From: Tubulanus polymorphus
Taxonomy: Eukaryota; Animalia; Nemertea
Length of the DNA stretch: 64,000 nt
Direction: 5' to 3'
Assembly: GCF_964204645.1 (NCBI RefSeq)
Contig: NC_134036.1
Location: 10,147,859 to 10,211,858 of the forward strand
A model generated the notes under the pieces. The model had not been told where the DNA came from and did not search any database. It saw nothing but the letters and a program-made list of their open reading frames with translations. The position numbers and the translations under genes are program-made. Of the stretch, positions 61,711-64,000 are shown piece by piece. Positions within the stretch are counted from its first letter, which is position 1; each line of letters opens with the position of its first letter.

Positions 61711-63720
61711 TTTTTGCCTACTTGGGACACTAGTCCCAGCGGGCTATTGCGTTCACTTTTCGTCCGTCCGTCCGTCCGTCCGTAGACGGAATCCAGTTAT
61801 TTTGGGAAGTTTTGAAGACGCTTCAAGGTAACGTCTTGATATTTGGGTTACACGTGTATCTACCCTAGACACATCTTCAGCCCAAAAACTGACCCTGTCA
61901 GAATCAAGATGGCTGACTGGCAGCCATTGTTGTTCTCCAAAATCAGCACTTTTTACACATTTTTGAACTTTTTGAGGGAAATTTTGAAGACGCTTCGATC
62001 AATTACCTTGATCTTTCGGATATATATGAATCCCCCCAGGGCCCATCAACGAAACAAAAATTGGGTCGACCTATGACCTTTTTAGTGCCCAAAAATGTTA
62101 ATTTTTGCCCGAATTCTGAGTCCTGTAGCTTCCTACTGGTTTACCATTTCTCAATGCAATTTGTGATGGGTATTCTTTGGAAAGGGATGTTTTATACCTC
62201 AGACAGGTATTTTTCATCAGCCAATTATGACACAATTGGCGGCCATCTTGGTGTCACCAGTACTCATTCGTAAGTGGGAAAAAGTTTTTCCACATTATAT
62301 TGATACCTAAGCGTATTTTGCTACCACAATCAATAAGAAAGTTGTAGCGCATAACGTGTTCTATGATTGTGGTGAGTTTCAAGGTAATTGGATTTCGTAT
62401 ATGGCCACCAGGGGGCGTTGAATAATACAATATCTTAGCATTTCTTTATTATATTCGTACCTATGCATATTTTGTAACCACAATCAATTGGAAAGTTGTA
62501 GCTCATGACATCATCTATGATTGTTGTGAGTTTTAAGGACATTAGTTTTTCTATATGGTCACCAGGGGGCGTTGAATAGTAGAATAACTTAGTATTTCCT
62601 TATTATATTGGTACCAAGGGCGTACTCTTTTATGACCTCCGAAGTCTCCGTCCGAAATCTCCGGTTGGCTCCACACAAAATCCGAATCACACCACCTCGA
62701 CAGAAAGGAGGTTTCGGAGACTCCAAAAAGTCACGTGACCAATAAAAGAGTACGATTGGAGGCAAACGGATTCTCCGATCTGATAAAAGAGTTCGCCCCT
62801 AGGCATATTTTGTTACCATGATCAATTGCAAAGTTGTAGTTCATGACATGTTCTATGATTGTGGTGAGTTTCGAGGTCATTGGGTTTTGAATATGGTCAC
62901 CAGGGGGCGTTGAATAGTAGAATGACTTAGTATTTCCATATTAAATTGGTAACGAGGAATATTTTGTTATCACAATTACAATAGAAAGCCATTTCTCATT
63001 GTTTTTTGTGATGGGTATTCTTAAGAAAGGGATGTTTTATACCTGAGACAGGTATTTTTGATCAGCCAATTATGACGCAATTGGTGGCCATCTTGGTGTC
63101 ATCAGTACTCATTCGTAGGTGGGAAAAAAATTTTCCACATTATATTGATACCTAGGCGTATTTTGTTACCACAATCAATAAGAAAGTTGTAGCTCATAAC
63201 ATGATCTATGATTGTGGTGAGTTTCAAGGTCATTGGTTTTGTATATGGCCCAGTGTGCATTGAATAATACAATATCTTTCCATATTATATTCGTATCAAT
63301 GCATATTTTGTAACCACAATCAATTGCAAAGTTGTAGCTCATGACATCATCTATGATTGTGGCAAGTTTTAAGGACATTAGTTATTCTATATGGTCACCA
63401 AGAGGCATTGAATAGTAGAATAACTTAGTATTTCCTCATATTGGTACCTAGGCTCATTTTGTTACCATGATCAATTAGAAAGTTTTAGTTCATGACATGT
63501 TCTATGATCTAGTATTTCCATATTAAATTGGTAACAAGGCATATTTTGTCATCACAATCCATGAAATCATACCTCCTGACATGTACCATGATTGTGGTGA
63601 GTTTCAAGGCCATTGGTTTTTGTATATGGTCACCAGGGGGCGTTGAATATTGAAATTGTTAGATTGTTGAGCATACGGAAACATTTCTCAAGTGGGCATG
63701 GTGTCCCTGGACCCCTAGTT
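61711..63720 (+). mobile_element. Helentron-associated (HINE/DINE-like) element with internal ~155-bp tandem repeats
   Basis: 5' TGCCTACTTG subTIR and hairpin, (GTCC)n at ~61761-61783, tandem array 62290-63650, 3' CAAGTGGGCA, short hairpin and CTAGTT. Confidence 0.75.
62618..62798. mobile_element. PIF/Harbinger-like MITE inserted in a tandem unit
   Basis: TIR GGGCG(T/A)ACTCTTTTAT; flanks CAA/CTA where uninterrupted units read GTACCTAGG. Confidence 0.65.
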
Positions 63721-64000
63721 CAAGTTTTCATGGGAAATATTGAAAACGCTTCGATCATTTATCTCAATTTCTCTCATTCGCAGTAAATAACTTGGCCTCA
63801 TGACTTGCTCTAACATGAATTGCCCTAAGATTGTGGTGAGTTTCTAGGCATTGTTTATGTTCACCGGTGGCGTAAATTAGCCGAAGAATATGGTACTACA
63901 GTATATTAGTACCTAGACATATGACGTTGTTACCACAAACAATTGCATGTTGTGCCAGTGCATGAAATGCCCTATGGTAATGGTGATTCTTGACATTTCC

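Noticed and set aside
1-64000. Prokaryotic or free viral genome
   Set aside because: Eukaryotic transposons, splice signals, microsatellites and pseudogenised viral genes indicate a eukaryotic chromosome.

Overview
AT-rich, repeat-saturated eukaryotic (probably invertebrate animal) DNA with no confidently identifiable host gene. It holds three related Polinton/Maverick-type endogenous DNA-virus elements: A (1-4606, minus strand, runs off the window), C (20288-~21480, truncated) and a near-complete but pseudogenised B (22021-39515). B encodes a protein-primed PolB, penton, major capsid protein, integrase, packaging ATPase and a block of membrane proteins. Main observations: (i) a 355-aa LAGLIDADG-containing intein sits in the catalytic YxD|TDx motif of the B polymerase; (ii) a zinc-finger/VLTF3-like (NCLDV late transcription factor) gene co-occurs with a TAATTTTTT...TAAATG cassette, almost always 19 nt from TAA to ATG, in front of nearly every viral gene; (iii) element A ends in a ~200-bp fold-back built from the TIR. 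Also present: a full-length DIRS1-type retrotransposon (11451-18648) integrated at the exact centre of a fold-back element and carrying a solo LTR and two nested 9-bp-TSD MITEs, a Kolobok-type MITE, Helentron-like (HINE) elements, BEL/Pao, CMC/EnSpm, Transib/Chapaev-like, Penelope and LINE relics, an intact DD35D pogo transposon (52318-56519) and a 63-bp hairpin minisatellite. All calls come from motif recognition by eye; no searches were run.
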